From Macrostomum lignano (Eukaryota), in assembly GCA_002269645.1 (NCBI GenBank), contig NIVC01000219.1, forward strand, positions 124,001 through 188,000: a DNA stretch of 64,000 nucleotides, read 5' to 3'. Of the stretch, positions 50,301 to 63,538 are shown piece by piece. Each line of letters opens with the position of its first letter. Positions within the stretch are counted from its first letter, which is position 1. The notes under the pieces are model-generated. The model was not told the origin of the DNA, made no database searches, and saw only the letters and a program-made list of their open reading frames with translations. Both the position numbers and the translations under genes were made by a program.

Positions 50301-53300
50301 TATCTGAAATGTCAGAAAAGTATCTGAAATGTCAGGAAAGTATCTGAAGTGTCAGGAAAGTATCTGAAATGTCAGGAAAGTATCTGAAATGCCGGGAAAG
50401 TATCTGAAATGTCAGGAAAGTATCTGAAATGTCAGGAAAGTATCTGAAATGTCAGGAAGTTATCTGAAATGTCAGGAAAGTATCTGAAATGCCGGGAAAG
50501 TATCTGAAATGTCAGAAAAGTATCTGAAATGTCAGGAAGGTATCTGAAATGTCAGGAAAGTGTCTGAAAGGTCAGGAAAGTATCTGAAATGTCAGGAAGT
50601 TATCTGAAATGTCAGAAAAGTATCTGAAATGTCAGTAAAGTGTCTAAAAGGTCAGGAAAGTATCTGAAAGGTCAGGAAAGTATCTGAAATGTCAGGAAAG
50701 TATCTGAAATGTCAGTAAAGTGCCTAAAAGGTCAGGAAAGTATCTTAAATGTCAGGAAAGTATCTGAAATGTCAGGAAAGTATCTGAAATGTCAGGAAAG
50801 TATCTGAAATGCCAGGAAAGTATCTGAAATGTCAGGAAAGTATCTGAAATGTCAGAAAAGTATCTGAAATGTCAGGAAGTTATCTGAAATGTCAGGAAAG
50901 CATCTGAAATGCCGGGAAAGTATCTGAAATGTCATAAAAGTATCTGAAATGTCAGGAAAGTATCTGAAATGTCAGGAAAGTATCTGAACTGTCAGGAAAG
51001 TATCTGAACTGTCAGGAAAGTGTCTAAAAGGTCAGGAAAGTATCTGAAATGACAGGAAAGTGTCTAAAAGGTCAGGAAAGTATCTAAAATGTCAGGAAAG
51101 TGTCTAAAAGGTCAGGAAAGTATCTGAAATGCCGGGAAAGTATCTGAAATGTCAGGAAAGTATCTGAAATGTCAGGAAAGTATCTGAAGTGTCAGGAAAG
51201 TATCTGAAATGTCAGGAAAGTATCTGAAATGTCAGGAAAGTATCTGAAATGCCGGGAAAGTATCTGAAATGTCAGGAAAGTATCTGAAATGTCAGGAAAG
51301 TATCTGAAATGTCAGGAAGTTATCTGAAATGTCAGGAAAGTATCTGAAATGTCAGGAAAGTATCTGAAATGTCAGAAAAGTATCTGAAATGTCAGGAAAG
51401 TATCTGAAATGTCAGGAAAGTGTCTGAAAGGTCAGGAAAGTATCTGAAATGTCAGGAAGTTATCTGAAATGTCAGAAAAGTATCTGAAATGTCAGGAAAT
51501 TATCTGAAATGTCAGGAAAGTATCTGAAATGTCAGGAAAGTATCTGAAATGTCAGGAAAGTATCTGAAATGCCGGGAAAGTATCTGAAATGTCAGGAAAG
51601 TATCTGAAATGTCAGGAAAGTATCTGAAATGTCAGGAAGTTATCTGAAATGTCAGGAAAGTATCTGAAATGCCGGGAAAGTATCTGAAATGTCAGAAAAG
51701 TATCTGAAATGTCAGGAAGGTATCTGAAATGTCAGGAAAGTGTCTGAAAGGTCAGGAAAGTATCTGAAATGTCAGGAAGTTATCTGAAATGTCAGAAAAG
51801 TATCTGAAATGTCAGTAAAGTGTCTAAAAGGTCAGGAAAGTATCTGAAATGTCAGGAAAGTATCTGAAATGTCAGGAAAGTATCTGAAATGCCGGGAAAG
51901 TATCTGAAATGTCAGGAAAGTATCTGAAATGTCAGTAAAGTGCCTAAAAGGTCAGGAAAGTATCTTAAATGTCAGGAAAGTATCTGAAATGTCAGGAAAG
52001 TATCTGAAATGTCAGAAAAGTATCTGAAATGTCAGGAAAGTGTCTAAAAGGTCAGGAAAGTATCTGAAATGTCAGGAAAGTATCTGAAATGTCAGGAAAG
52101 TATCTGAAATGCCGGGAAAGTATCTGAAATGCCAGAAAAGTATCTGAAATGTCAGGAAAGTATCTGGAGTGTCAGGAAAGTATCTGAAATGTCAGGAAAG
52201 TATCTGAAATGTCAGGAAAGTATCTGAAATGTCAGGAAAGTATCTGAAACATCAGGAAAGTATCTGAAACATTAGGAAAGTATCTGAAATGTCAGGAAAG
52301 TGTCTAAAAGGTCAGGAAAGTATTTGAAACATCAGGAAAGTATCTGAAATGTCAGGAAAGTATCTGAAATGTCAGGAAAGTATCTGAAATGTCAGGAAAG
52401 TATCTGAAATGACAAGAAAGTGTCTGAAATGTCAGGAAAGTATCTGAAATGTCAGGAAAGTATCTGAAATGTCAGGAAATTATCTGAAATGTCAGGAAAG
52501 TATCTGAAAGGTCAGGAAATTATCTGAAATGTCAGGAAATTATCTGAAATGTCAGGAAAGTATCTGAAATGTCAGGAAAGTATCTGAAATGTCAGGAAAG
52601 TATCTGAAATGACAGGAAATTGTCTAAAAGGTCAGGAAAGTATCTGAACTGTCAGGAAAGTATCTGAACTGTCAGGAAAGTGTCTAAAAGGTCAGGAAAG
52701 TATCTGAAATGACAGGAAAGTGTCTAAAAGGTCAGGAAAGTATCTAAAATGTCAGGAAAGTGTCTAAAAGGTCAGGAAAGTATCTGAAATGCCGGGAAAG
52801 TATCTGAAATGTCAGGAAAGTATCTGAAATGTCAGGAAAGTATCTGAAGTGTCAGGAAAGTATCTGAAATGTCAGGAAAGTATCTGAAATGTCAGGAAAG
52901 TATCTGAAATGCCGGGAAAGTATCTGAAATGTCAGGAAAGTATCTGAAATGTCAGGAAAGTATCTGAAATGTCAGGAAGTTATCTGAAATGTCAGGAAAG
53001 TATCTGAAATGCCGGGAAAGTATCTGAAATGTCAGAAAAGTATCTGAAATGTCAGGAAAGTATCTGAAATGTCAGGAAAGTGTCTGAAAGGTCGGGAAAG
53101 TATCTGAAATGTCAGGAAAGTATCTGAAATGTCAGGAAAGTATCTGAAGTGTCAGGAAAGTATCTGAAATGTCAGGAAAGTATCTGAAATGTCAGGAAAG
53201 TATCTGAAATGCCGGGAAAGTATCTGAAATGTCAGGAAAGTATCTGAAATGTCAGGAAAGTATCTGAAATGTCAGGAAGTTATTGAAATGTCAGGAAAGT

Positions 53301-56300
53301 ATCTGAAATGCCGGGAAAGTATCTGAAATGTCAGAAAAGTATCTGAAATGTCAGGAAAGTATCTGAAATGTCAGGAAAGTGTCTGAAAGGTCAGGAAAGT
53401 ATCTGAAATGTCAGGAAGTTATCTGAAATGTCAGAAAAGTATCTGAAATGTCAGGAAAGTATCTGAAGTGTCAGGAAAGTATCTGAAATGTCAGGAAAGT
53501 ATCTGAAATGCCGGGAAAGTATCTGAAATGTCAGGAAAGTATCTGAAATGTCAGGAAAGTATCTGAAATGTCAGGAAGTTATCTGAAATGTCAGGAAAGT
53601 ATCTGAAATGCCGGGAAAGTATCTGAAATGTCAGAAAAGTATCTGAAATGTCAGGAAGGTATCTGAAATGTCAGGAAAGTGTCTGAAAGGTCAGGAAAGT
53701 ATCTGAAATGTCAGGAAAGTATCTGAAATGTCAGGAAAGTATCTGAAATGTCAGTAAAGTGCCTAAAAGGTCAGGAAAGTATCTGAAATGTCAGGAAAGT
53801 ATCTGAAATGTCAGGAAAGTATCTGAAATGTCAGGAAAGTATCTGAAATGCAGGAAAGTATCTGAAATGTCATAAAAGTATCTGAAATGTCAGGAAAGTA
53901 TCTGAAATGTCAGGAAAGTATCTGAAATGTCAGGAAAGTATCTGAAATGTCAGGAAAGTATCTGAAATGTCAGAAAAGTATCTGAAATGTCAGGAAAGTA
54001 TCTGAAATGTCAGGAAAGTATCTGAAATGTCAGGAAAGTATCTGAAATGTCAGGAAAGTATCTGAAATGTCAGGAAAGTATCTGAAATGTCAGGAAAGTA
54101 TCTGAAAAGTCAGGAAAGTATCTGAAATGTCAGGAAAGTGTCTAAAAGGTCAGGAAAGTATCTGAAATGCAGGAAAGTATCTGAAATGTCAGGAAAGTAT
54201 CTGAAATGTCAGGAAAGTATCTGAAGGTCAGGAAAGTATCTGAAATGTCAGGAAAGTATCTGAAATGTCAGGAAAGTATCTGAAATGTCAGGAAAGTATC
54301 TGAAATGTCAGGAAAGTATCTGAAATGTCAGGAAAGTATCTGAAATGTCAGGAAAGTATCTGAAATGTCAGGAAAGTATCTGAAATGTCAGGAAAGTATC
54401 TGAAATGTCAGGAAAGTATCTGAAATGTCAGGAAAGTATCTGAAATGTCAGGAAAGTATCTGAAATGTCAGGAAAGTATCTGAAATGTCAGGAAAGTATC
54501 TGAAATGTCAGGAAAGTATCTGAAATGTCAGGAAAGTATCTGAAATGTCAGGAAAGTATCTGAAATGTCAGGAAAGTATCTGAAATGTCAGGAAAGTATC
54601 TGAAATGTCAGGAAAGTATCTGAAATGTCAGGAAAGTATCTGAAATGTCAGGAAAGTATCTGAAATGTCAGGAAAGTATCTGAAATGTCAGAAAGTATCT
54701 GAAATGTCAGGAAAGTATCTGAAATGTCAGGAAAGTATCTGAAATGTCAGGAAAGTATCTGAAATGTCAGGAAAGTATCTGAAATGTCAGGAAAGTATCT
54801 GAAATGTCAGGAAAGTGTCTGAAATGTCAGGAAAGTATCTGAAATGTCAGGAAAGTATCTGAAATGTCAGGAAAGTATCTGAAATGTCAGGAAAGTATCT
54901 GAAATGTCAGGAAAGTATCTGAAATGTCAGGAAAGTGCTAAAAGTCAGGAAAGTATCTGAAATGTCAGGAAAGTATCTGAAATGTCAGGAAAGTATCTGA
55001 AATGTCAGGAAAGTATCTGAAATGTCAGGAAAGTATCTGAAATGTCAGGAAAGTATCTGAAATGTCAGGAAAGTATCTGAAATGTCAGGAAAGTATCTGA
55101 AATGTCAGGAAAGTATCTGAAATGTCAGGAAAGTATCTGAAATGTCAGGAAAGTATCTGAAATGTCAGGAAAGTATCTGAAATGTCAGGAAAGTATCTGA
55201 AATGTCAGGAAAGTATCTGAAATGTCAGGAAAGTATCTGAAATGTCAGGAAAGTATCTGAAATGTCAGGAAAGTATCTGAAATCAGGAAAGTATCTGAAA
55301 TGTCAGGAAAGTATCTGAAATGTCAGGAAAGTATCTGAAATCAGGAAAGTATCTGAAATGTCAGGAAAGTATCTGAAATGTCAGGAAAGTATCTGAAATG
55401 TCAGGAAAGTATCTGAAATGTCAGGAAAGTATCTGAAATGTCAGGAAAGTATCTGAAATGTCAGGAAAGTATCTGAAATGTCAGGAAAGTATCTGAAATG
55501 TCAGGAAAGTATCTGAAATGTCAGGAAAGTATCTGAAATGTCAGGAAAGTATCTGAAATGTCAGGAAAGTATCTGAAATGACAGGAAATTGTCTAAAAGG
55601 TCAGGAAAGTATCTGAAATGTCAGGAAAGTATCTGAAATGTCAGGAAAGTATCTGAAATGTCAGGAAAGTATCTGAAACGTCAGGCTGACAACAACTAAT
55701 TAATAAGCGACTGTCCCACTCCACCTCAAACAGAGACCTGATAGCTCGCAGCACCTCAGGCACAGGCGTCGGTCCAGACGGCCTGATCTCCTACACCATC
55801 CTAGTAAAGACGGGCAACGTGCGCAACGCTGGCACCTCGGCCCGAGTCTACCTGACCCTCCGCTCCGATGCGGAGACCCCTAGAAAGCGCAGCATCCGCG
55901 GGCCCATCCAGAGCGACAAGCTGTTCTTGAAGGACGGAAAATTTGAACGAGACGCCATCGACGAGTTTAACATCGACCTGCCCGACCTGTTGTCGCCGGT
56001 GACCAAGATTGACATCGGGCACGACAATAGCGGCCCGGGCCCGGGCTGGTTTCTCGATTGGGTGGGTAAAATCTTCGTTGGATAATATATTCGATCCGAA
56101 CTAACCGTTAACATATTTGGGGCGGAGCCAAAAGTACCCTGGGGTTCAGTTCCGTGTTCGCGATCAGAGCTGCTGTACACTTGATGTACACGACCGCTTG
56201 CAAGCTACTAGAAGTAAAGCAGTATGCTCTATGCTGAATTTTACTATCCAGATCTTTAAAAACCAGTTGAACCTGAATTTGATAGGCTAACAGATAAATA

Positions 56301-59300
56301 GTTGAGGTGGAATGTTTCAGTAGGAGCAGTCTGACAGTCCTGGTTAAATATGCATCAATGGGTAATGTATTGTAGCAGTACAGAAACTGTACTTTGGAAA
56401 CTTTGGTAGTTTTAAAATTGGAACTTCTATTTGCGCTTTTAATTCTCAATTTTAAATAATGTTTCCCACATGCAGGTGCAAATTTACTGCCCAGTAACCG
56501 GCATTGAGCAGACTTTTGTCTGCAAGGATTGGCTGGACACCAAGTCGGGCTGCGACAAGACCATTGTGGAGGACAAGTCGCTTAGGAAGCTGAGAAGTTT
56601 GCGTAAGTCTCATTGAGCACCTTGGCTGATTGATTTTGTTGCAGTAACTTTTTTGCAGCTTCACTTCACAGAAACACAGACAGCTGAAGCATCGGGGCGC
56701 TGAAACTCGCAAAACCTGCAAATTTTGTTGGAGGCCGGGTCTCGTTGCAAAATGTATTGGCGAGATGGAAAAATTTTAATCTTAGGAGCAAAATTCCCAA
56801 GATCCAAGGTTCTAGGTCCAAGGTTTAAGGTCCAAGGTTCTACATGCACATGTAGGTTCAAGGTTTAAGGTCCAAGGTTCTCCATGCACATGTAGGTTCA
56901 AGGTTTAAAGTCCAAGGTTCTACATGCACATGTAGGTTTAAGGTTTAAGTTCCAAGGTTCTAGGTCCAAGATTCTAGGTCCAAGGTTCTAGGTTCTAGGT
57001 TCTAGGTTCTAGGTTCTAGGTTCTAGGTTCTAGGTCCAAGGTTCTACATGCACATGTAGGTTTAAGGTTTAAGGTCCAAGGTTCTAGGTCCAAGATTCTA
57101 GGTCCAAGGTTCTAGGTTCTAGGTTCTAGGTTCTAGGTTCTAGGTTCTAGGTCCAAGGTTCTAGATTCTAGGTTCTAGGTCCAAGGTTCTAGGTACAAGG
57201 TTCTAGGTTCTAGGTTCTAGGTCCAAGGTTCTAGGTACAAGGTTCTAGGTTCTAGGTTCTAGGTCCAAGGTTCTAGGTCCAAGGTTCTAGGTCCAAGGTT
57301 CTAGGTTCTAGGTTCTAGGTCCAAGGTTCTAGGTTCTAGGTCCAAGGTTCTAGGTTCTAGGTTCTAGGTTCTAGGTTCTAGGTTCTAGGTCCAAGGTTCT
57401 AGATTCTAGGTTCTAGGTCCAAGGTTCTAGGTACAAGGTTCTAGGTTCTAGGTTCTAGGTCCAAGGTTCTAGGTACAAGGTTCTAGGTTCTAGGTTCTAG
57501 GTCCAAGGTTCTAGGTCCAAGGTTCTAGGTCCAAGGTTCTAGGTTCTAGGTTCTAGGTCCAAGGTTCTAGGTTCTAGGTTCTAGGTCCAAGGTTCTAGAT
57601 TCTAGGTTCTAGGTCCAAGGTTCTAGGTCCAAGGTTCTAGGTCCAAGGTTCTAGGTCCAAGGTTCTAGGTCCAAGGTTCTAGGTCCAAGGTTCTAGGTCC
57701 AAGGTTCTAGGTCCAAGGTTCTAGGTCCAAGGTTCTAGGTCCAAGGTTCTAGGTCCAAGGTTCTAGGTCCAAGGTTCTAGGTCCAAGGTTCTAGGTCCAA
57801 GGTTCTAGGTCCAAGGTTCTAGGTCCAAGGTTCTAGGTCCAAGGTTCTAGGTCCAAGGTTCTAGGTCCAAGGTTCTAGGTCCAAGGTTCTAGGTCCAAGG
57901 TTCTAGGTCCAAGGTTCTAGGTCCAAGGTTCTAGGTCCAAGGTTCTAGGTCCAAGGTTCTAGGTCCAAGGTTCTCGGTCCGTATAGAAAATGCACTACAG
58001 AGTCAGGAACAGCGAAAACTTTGCCAGAACTTTGCTTGCTGGTCTTGCCGGTAGCATATCATGGAGAAAAAAACTTGTGTTACCTCAAAAAACACGCACT
58101 TTCTCATAATTCTTTGTATATGCAATTCAGAAGTTAGGAAGGCGAGATACTTCCTGTCTCGCTAATGCATTTTGCAGCCGAAACTTGGCTTCTTCTGCTT
58201 CTGCTTCAGCTGTCCATGAATCGAAATTTAACCTTGAATAAAAATTTCGCCATCCAACCGCAAACTCCATAACGGTCAAGCCTGGGCAGTAAAGCCCAGC
58301 CGTCTGGCGTAGCGCTCTGATATGCCAGCGACACAGGCTCGATTCCAAGTGCAGTCACATTAATTTGGGGCTGAATTGGAATCTCGGCTTGGCTCTGCTC
58401 GTGCAATTAACGGCCTTGAGGGCCAACCCCCAAGGCGCAGTGAAGTGTACATGCCTAACGATAAATAAAGATAGGGCCGCTGTACACTCCTGTGTGAGTG
58501 TGTGCCTGTGCGTATGACTGCGTACGTATCCGCGCGCTTGTGTGCCTGCTCAGGGGAGTCGGCGGAATGGGCAGTAATGCCTCTCGCCGGTTGTGCGACA
58601 ATGTCGCTTAAAGTGCGCCACAATGTACACAGCCCCCTGCTTCTGATAAAAAATAATGAAAAGCGGCCAGGCTTTCAAACAGAGATCCTTGATCCATAAA
58701 GTGAAGTCTGCTCACCTACTGTGCTTTCAAATTCAAGCAATATTTGTTTTAACTTTTTTGGCTTGGCTCTTCTACTGCGAAACTTTTTTGGCTTTGGCAC
58801 AAACCTCTTGTAACTGCGCTATAATTGCATTGGGTAATTTGCTTCAACATTAATTGCAAACATTGCACCAATCTATCCTTTCCAGAGGGTGAGTGATCTG
58901 CATCCCAGTTCCGGCTTGTTTGCTCTTGTATTTGAGCTGCTTTTAAACGGAAAATTAGTTTTAAATTAGACTGACACCTCTCTTCCTAGCACAATGGTTT
59001 ATATATTTGCCTATAATTTATAATCTACCTCTAGCTCATTTGTATATTCTAGCAGACTTTTTACTGCAATTTCTACTCTTCTAATCGTGCTATTTTAGTT
59101 TTCCGTTGTCTAGCAAATATTACAGGCTTATTCTTAACTAACCAATGCGTAGCACATCTCTGCAAAGTGAACTGCATCACTGAATTGCTACGTTTAGGAA
59201 CTGACCCTTCCGTATTTGGGCCACTTCTCTATTTGGCGCCACTTCCCCATTTGACGCCACTTCCTCAGTTGGCGCCACTTCTCTTTTTGGCGCCACGTCC

Positions 59301-62300
59301 CCATTTGACGCCACTTCCCCATTTGACGCCACTTCCTCAGTTGGCGCCACTTCCCCATTTGACGCCACTTCCCCATTTGGCGCCACTTCCCCATTTGACG
59401 CCACTTCCCCATTTGGCGCCACGTCCCCATTTGACGCCACTTCCCCATTTGACGCCACTTCCTCAGTTGGCGCCACTTCCCCATTTGACGCCACTTCCCC
59501 ATTTGACGCCACTTCCCCATTTGACGCCACTTCCCCATTTGACGCCACTTCCCCATTTGGCGCCACTTCCCATTTGGCGCCACTTCCCCATTTGACGCCA
59601 CTTCCTCAGTTGGCGCCACTTCCCCATTTGGCGCCACTTCCCCATTTGACGCCACTTCCTCAGTTGGCGCCACTTCCCCATTTGACGCCACTTCCTCAGT
59701 TGGCGCCACTTCTCTATTTGGTGCCACTTCCCCATTTGGCGCCACTTCCCCATTTGGCGCCACTTCCCCATTTGGCGCCACTTCCCCATTCGGCGCCTCT
59801 TCCCCATTTGGCGCCACTTCCCCATTTGGCGCCACTTCCCCATTTGGCGCCACTTCCCCATTTGGCGCCACTTCCCCATTTGGCGCCACTTCCCCATTCG
59901 GCGCCACTTCCCCATTTGGCGCCACTTCCCCATTTGACGCCACTTCCCCATTCGGCGCCACTTCCCCATTCGGCACTACTTCCCCATTTGGCGCCACTTC
60001 CCCATTTGACGCCACTTCCCCATTCGGCGCCACTTCCCCATTCGGCACTACTTCCCCATTTGGCGCCACTTCCCCATTTGACGCCACTTCCCCATTCGGC
60101 GCCACTTCCCCATTCGGCACTACTTCCCCATTTGCGCGCCTTTATAAACTTTGGGCGCATCTTCCCCACTCCATTGAATGTATCAAAATGAGCACATTTA
60201 ATTTATTCAAGTCTTCTATATTACATTTTTTCATCAACTTTCTCGCTCACCTCCCGTCACCATGGAGTGCATTAGCTATGCAAACCTAAGCTCTAAGGAG
60301 CAGCTAAAACAAATTCACTTAAAATCTGGACCCAAAATGTAACTTTTGAATCCCTCACTGAATGCATTCGATACAAAGTGCAAATGTAGCAATTAAAAAT
60401 GACAAGAAATTATCCAATTTTCCTAGTATTTGTACTGTTAATTTGGCATTTTTTAGGCGAAGCTGCCCAGAGCAACTCGGCTAGCGATGCTGAGACTGGT
60501 AGACAACACTTTGCTGAACTGTACTTGTGCACCAATCATCGCATGACCCAAATTCAAATCCCGCCTTAAAATCATTTTTTTCCAATGTCAGACGGTGGAA
60601 TTATGTTGTGAACGCTAAGAAGATCCACATTGATTTGACCTGTGTGTTTTATTGCGGTCACAAAACTTTGAGATAACCACTGAGGAGAATAGTGCCGCTT
60701 TCATCAGCTGACTGTTCGTTCCTGAAGTACCGCACCTGCAGATCATATTCGTGTTTAGTTATACTTTGTTGCATGTTGTCTGGCAGTTTCTAGCCTTTTT
60801 TGTTTATCTGAACTAAAATCTGAACGCAGCTACCAGTACAGTAGATATTTAGTTTAGCTACGAGCCATATTCAAATATTGTTGACCTAGAAGCTGCCGAT
60901 TCATTTTGTATAAACAATCAGTTTGCATAGTAGGGGATCAGTAGCCCAGTGGTCTAGCGCGGCGCTTTGATGTGCCAGCGGTCCAGGCTCGATTCTAAGT
61001 GCAGTCACATTAATTTAAGGCTGAATTGGAATCTCGGCTTGGCTCTGCTTGCGCAAGTAACGTTCTTGAGGGCCAACCTCCAAGGCGCACTGGCACAGTG
61101 AAGTGTACATGCCTAAGGATGAATAAAGTTAGAGCCTCTGTACACTCCCATCTCCGCGCGCTAGTGTATCTGTTCGGGAGAGTCGGCGGAATGGGCAGTT
61201 ATGCCTCTCGCCGGTCGTGTGACAATGTCGCCTTAAGTGCGCCACAATGGTATATTCTTCTGCAGTCGGGATGCATGATATCGGTATAACACGCGAGCGC
61301 CGGTAGGCGCGAGTCGTGTTATTCCAATATCATGCATCCCGACTGCAGAAAAGTGCATTGACTAGTGTTTCCAAATAGGCTAGTTGTTTATGATCGAGAA
61401 AGACAACGCAGTCTCAGTAGAATCTGTCTAGTTCAATTTTGTTATGTCATTTATCTCTCTCCCTCGCTGCCTTCTGATTGGCTCTCAGTTCTCGCCTCTT
61501 TCCTCGGTTGCGGACTCCACCCCACCCCCTGTCTTATCTTACACCCCCTCCAGTATATTTGAATAAATATACCCGTTTAGGCCCTGCGCTTCGCTATCGT
61601 TTTTTTCCGAAGCCTCTCCAAGGCCAATCTTTAAAACCGTACCGTTTCTCCGAGAAGACCGCTCGAGGATATCGATTCCTTCAAGAGTTTATGAAGAAAC
61701 TTAGTGCGAGGGCCGGTCTAAGCAAGGTCTACACTAATCACTGTATTAGGTAAGTAAATTTCGTTTTCCGATATGGTATATAAATAGTATATAAATAGTA
61801 TATTTATAAATAATAGTTTTAACTAGTTCATGTAAAATTACTTTCCTTTGATTCTCCCACAGAGTCACTAGAGTGTGCGATCTAGACGCCGCTGGCCATT
61901 CGCTGCAAGACATAATGCTTATTACCGGTCAGAAATGTGAGAAGACGGTCAAAAGGTATTTAACCAGGTGCCGGGACCGCAGTCTGTTCAGGAGTTCCAA
62001 GGCAGTGAACTGTGCACTAAGCCGGCATATTCCAAGCACAAGCACAATGCCGTCCAATGAGGCGTCTTTCTCTGCTAATGCGAGCGGCTCTATCAGTTCT
62101 ACTGTCTGCACGCAAGTGATGACGGATCACCAGTTGCAATGCCACCCCACAATCAATTGACGAGCCGGTTCCTCGGCCAGTTCATATCGAGGCCTGTACG
62201 TCCGACCAAGAATATGCGTGTTTGCATTGACGGCAACAACAATTTTATTAACACTGTGTTTGAGTAGGGCGTATCTATCAAAAATACTAATTCTTCGAGA

Positions 62301-63538
62301 GAAACTATGGCTTTAGACATTTCCCCCTCATTTTCATGCTATAAGTAGTTGTTGTCTATAATTTACAATTATAAACCGTATAAATAAAAAATTAATCATC
62401 TAATAATTAATATTTGGGTCATCTAAAAACTCGTTAAACTAATGTTTTTTCTATGGACAATAGCACGCATCCCGCGTGCGTGTTAATGGGTAGCGAAATG
62501 CTTGTCAATGCGCACAGCCCCCTTCCTCTAAAAAATAAAAAAGTTTGCTTAGTTGAGTTGAATGAAGAGAACCAACGAACAAGCGTACATTCATCTAATG
62601 TACTCCTCGCCGTCACGTGACCAGCACCCAACCACCCCAAATCGCAGAGGAGGAATGGATCGCCGAGGTGTACACGGGCAACATGCAGAATGCCGGCACC
62701 GATGCCAGGGTGTTCCTGGCGCTCTACGGCGACCTGGGCAAGTCCGAGGACATCTACCTCGGGGACGACGACAATAAGAAGGACTATTTTGTCAAGGGCA
62801 AGATGGACAGTTTCAAACTGCACCTGCCGGCCGTCGGGACGCCGTTCAAGCTGCGAATCGGCCACGACAACAGCGGCGTAGCGGCGGGCTGGTTCTTGGA
62901 GAAGGTCGTCATGCAGCGCCCATCAACTCGGGAGGCGTTCGAATTTCGTTGCGACCGCTGGCTGGCGGAAAGCGAGGACGATAAATCCTGCATCAGAGAG
63001 CTGCCGGCTTTGGGGTCGACCGTGTTGGAGTCGCTGAAAGGTTGTTGATTGGTTTGGTTGGGTTGTGACACAGCCCTGGGGTAGAAGTTGTCTGACTAAT
63101 GGAAATAGTTTAAATTACGGCAGAATTTCGTGACGCAAACTCACGAGTTCATTTCTGAGTCATCCTAATTGCTACGAAGTTTATTGATTGAAATCTTGCT
63201 AAATTGAAAAAAAACGCTTGAAGATGCGTGGAAACGTTTAAAATCGCAGAAGAATACAAATCTGAGCACGATCGATTTAAGCAGGAACTATGGGCACGCA
63301 CGTGCAACAGACAGGATAAGAACAAAATAACTGATCATTTATCAATCATGGCGCAGCTACATAGCAACCTAACCGCATTGCAGTGCACAAGTACCACGTG
63401 CTGGTGAAGACTGGCAAGATGCGGCTAGCTGGCACGGACGCGAACGTCTACTGCAATCTGTTCGGCAACAAGTCGGACACCGGCAACAGGCCGCTGAAGT
63501 ACTCGGAGACAAACAAAGATCCGTTCGAGAGGAAGAAG
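47304..63538 (+). CDS. LOXHD1: Multi-PLAT (LH2) domain protein, LOXHD1-like, 3'-partial; exons 47304-47391, 47755-48227, 48616-49523, 55734-56061, 56476-56602, 62648-63040, 63384-63538, continuing beyond the window
   Basis: Phase-compatible GT-AG junctions (1,0,2,0,1,1). Five complete PLAT repeats and the start of a sixth, each with Y.V.V.TG...AGTDA.V...L.G, and most with GHDNSG..GWFL and C.RWL motifs. Confidence 0.85.
49766..55685. repeat. 5.9-kb 20-bp satellite in LOXHD1-like intron 3 (~295 copies)
   Basis: Unit tatctgaaatgtcaggaaag; diverged block structure on the left, nearly homogeneous on the right. Confidence 0.98.
56803..57975. repeat. Nested 7/14/40-bp tandem repeat
   Basis: ggttcta and aggttctaggtcca units, with early 40-bp units containing tacatgcacatgtagg. 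Confidence 0.95.
58284..58630 (+). mobile_element. tRNA-derived SINE, family 2, copy a
   Basis: ggctcgattcc B-box-like motif; body colinear with 60933-61250 (gtgcagtcacattaattt...ggaatctcggcttggctctgct...gagtcggcggaatgggcagt...aagtgcgccacaatg). Confidence 0.7.
59215..60135. repeat. 18-bp intronic minisatellite
   Basis: Unit tggcgccacttccccatt. Confidence 0.95.
60933..61250 (+). mobile_element. tRNA-derived SINE, family 2, copy b
   Basis: A-box-like tagcccagtggtctagcg and B-box-like ggctcgattct; body shared with 58284-58630. Confidence 0.7.
61581..62160 (+). mobile_element. Crypton-type tyrosine recombinase C-terminal fragment with an intact intron (61750-61862), inside a LOXHD1-like intron
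   Basis: Splicing ATT AG|GTAAGT...CCCACAG|A gives FLQEFMKKLSARAGLSKVYTNHCIRVTRVCDLDAAGHSLQDIMLITGQKCEKTVKRYL, which has the HxxR, TG(H>Q) and catalytic Tyr layout of Crypton/DUF3504-like recombinases. The N-terminal half is not recognisable. Confidence 0.75.

Noticed and set aside
59167-60191. PNGEVA / APLPHL repeat proteins (ice-nucleation- or mucin-like)
   Set aside because: An 18-bp intronic minisatellite is open in multiple frames because its unit is a multiple of 3.
37087-61250. tRNA genes at 37087, 42778, 58284 and 60933
   Set aside because: A/B boxes are present but the cloverleafs are degenerate and each continues into a shared SINE body.
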